A DNA stretch of 64,000 nt from the human T2T-CHM13v2.0 reference genome, Homo sapiens: NCBI RefSeq assembly GCF_009914755.1, contig NC_060936.1. The stretch is one strand, 5' to 3'. Shown here in pieces: positions 59,581 through 64,000 of this stretch. The translations under genes were made by a program, and so were the position numbers. The notes under the pieces are model-generated. The model was not told where the DNA came from and did not search any database. It saw nothing but the letters and a program-made list of their open reading frames with translations. Position 1 is the stretch's first letter. Each line of letters starts with the position of its first letter.

Positions 59581-60606
59581 TATTTCTGCTTTAACTAGCC
59601 AAAGTTTTGTTACATGGGACTAATAACCTGACTGGCACAATCTCTTCAAAACTCAGGAACTAATATTTCAAGCAGAAGTACAGAGATCTGTTTGTTCTGT
59701 TTTTCACAAGCTACAATCAATTTCATTATTAATGATTTGTTTTAAATGCACACACTTTTTCTAAGTGGGTGAGTCTTCTAATAATTCATCAAAAGTAGCA
59801 GGACTAGCTAAACTCGTCAGCTACATAGAGAGGTCTGCTGACTTTTCCCCCAACTGAGAAGCATTTCTTTCATGAGTAGAAATCCCAAAACACTTCAAAT
59901 ATACATTTTACCCTTTGGATATATTTTCTTTCTTTGCTTCCTTTGCTATTAATATTAATGTAATATATCTGGTTCTAACTGTGAATTTAATCAAATTCTT
60001 ATTCTTTTGTCTTCACTTTATTCCTAAGGCCAAACTCTGAAACTTTTGCTAATTCCTGTCAGATATTTCATTCTCATAAAATGTCATCCTCGTCATCTCT
60101 CCTACTGATGGATTAAATGACATTACATAATTGTGAGGCATTTAGAACACTTTTTAAAATCTTATTTTTCCTACTGGTTGTCCACTGATCAACAGTCTGC
60201 CATGTTACATGCGGTATCCTTACATGAGGAACATGGCAGACAGAGTTGGTTGCCTTCTTGACAGCCATTTCCCATTATTTCTTGCTCAAAGAGCTTCAAC
60301 TTGTGCAGGCATAGGCAGAAATATGCTCTTCCCCCAGCCCCAGCTAATTAATCCTGATGGTTTCCCTTTCCTTTTGCTGTGATTTAGGGTAGGCATCAGG
60401 TAGGTATATAAATTTGCCCAATCACTCTGGTCTAACTTTAAAACAATTTATGGTCCTCATAAAATAAGACGAATGCATGAAGAAGAGCGTCTGTACTCTC
60501 TTTTTCCTAATTTAGACATCATGCACGGATGTGATGTTTGCAGTTGCAGCAGGCATTTTGTAACCATGAAGAATTAAAAAATAAAAATAAAAAATAAAAA
60601 TATAAT

Positions 60607-60908
<302 letters not shown>

Positions 60909-61396
60909 ACTAAGTGTTGAGGATGTGATGGTCAGGAGAGCAGCCAGTAGAAGTCAGTGATTCACATAACTTCACCTGCAAGCCATGGAAAAATCTCAGC
61001 AATCTAAGGCAAGACACTGCCTTCAATCCCAGCTGCTGACAGCACCAAAACAGGAAACTCTCAAGATTTTGCCTTCAGCCCATGTGTCTGCCTTCAACTG
61101 CCTCTGTTGAATAATGGTTTTTCTTTTCTGCTTTCCTTCTCACACAAGTGCCTCTCATTGGCAAACTCCAACTTGGAATCAAATGAAGGAGGGGATTCTG
61201 TCACATGTAACTACAGGTTTCTCTTCTTTAATGCAGAGCGGACTCTAGAAGGGATAATGGAGAGGTATAGCTGGACAACAGACAATCCAGCACAATGAAA
61301 GTGAAATGATGCCTTCAAAATTTTGAGGGCTAATAACTTCCAACTAGAATTATATTCTCAGCTAAGCTATCAATCAAGTATAAACATAAAATTGAA

Positions 61397-61893
<497 letters not shown>

Positions 61894-62299
61894 TTAGACA
61901 TAAAAGGTCTGAAAAAGTTAACTTCCGTGTACCCATTCTCAAGAAATTTCAAGAAGATTGACTCCACCAGAATAAGACGAAAGCAAGAGAGAGTGTGAAT
62001 TAAGAGTAAAGAGGAAGAAATGAGATGCAAGAAAGAAGCAATCCAACACGAGAGAAATAAAAAGGGTCCTCAGGAGGATGATAAAAAGAGGTCCTTGAAT
62101 GACAGCTATGTGTCAGATGCAGAGGACAGTCAATCCAGATGGGAGCAATGTGACACAAGATGCAGACATCACAGGAGCCATCTCGAAGATACCCTTTGCC
62201 ATTGGACCATCTTTTTGAGGCCTGGTGAATCTGACCTAGATTTTGTCTGTGCTTGGCACATCTTGACTATGTACCAATGGAGTTTCTGCTCTCCTCACC

Positions 62300-63302
<1,003 letters not shown>

Positions 63303-63663
63303 CCCACCATGACCTGCTGTCTTCACGAACTGAGGAAATTCACCTTACCCCATAGAAGGGGTTTGCTTTGATTTCTTCTTGAAAGTAGGTAAGAAACCAT
63401 GGCGAGCTTGGGAGCTGCAGATAGAGAGTCTCCCACTTCTTGACTATGTTTCCGCAGATATCCATTACCTGACCCAAACTGCAGCCCTGCCAGATGTCCC
63501 AGCTGTGATATATCCTGTGTTTCCCAGAACTCACTCTTGACCCTGACCGCAGACTTCCCAAAAGGAGCTCTTGCATTCTCTCAGGAACGCTGCCACTGAA
63601 CGTGACCCAGAGCTTATCTTTTGAGAGCCTGCTGCAATGGTTGGGCTTGCCACTCAGTTGTCA

Positions 63664-63999
<336 letters not shown>

Positions 64000-64000
64000 A

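Overview
Primate, almost certainly human, repeat-dense intergenic DNA with no intact protein-coding gene. The landmark is an intronless, disabled retrocopy of the Na+/H+ exchanger NHE7 on the minus strand (coding-derived part 34115-36358). I identify it as SLC9A7P1, which from memory lies at 12q23.1; the placement is not verified here. It keeps a CpG-rich 5' end and carries a 3x44-bp tandem expansion. Bases 1-3233 are the 3' part of a degraded class III provirus (HERV-S/HERVL18 type with an LTR18-like 3' LTR): gag remnant, RNaseH/integrase, gamma-type env, PPT and LTR. The provirus appears to sit inside an Alu, and its pro/RT region is replaced by a 97-bp copy of its own LTR. The rest is about 60 Alus, L1 fragments (one young L1PA 3' end nested in an Alu), MaLR/MLT2 LTRs, Tigger/MER33/MADE2 DNA-transposon relics, MIRs and microsatellites. 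Nearly all listed ORFs are Alu/L1 artefacts. I see no evidence of a new multi-gene system. The most unusual signals are several short locally templated insertions and duplications, plus the possible transcription or translation of the pseudogene 5' end. Repeat subfamily names come from memory of the consensus sequences, and repeat boundaries are approximate (about +/-10-20 bp).
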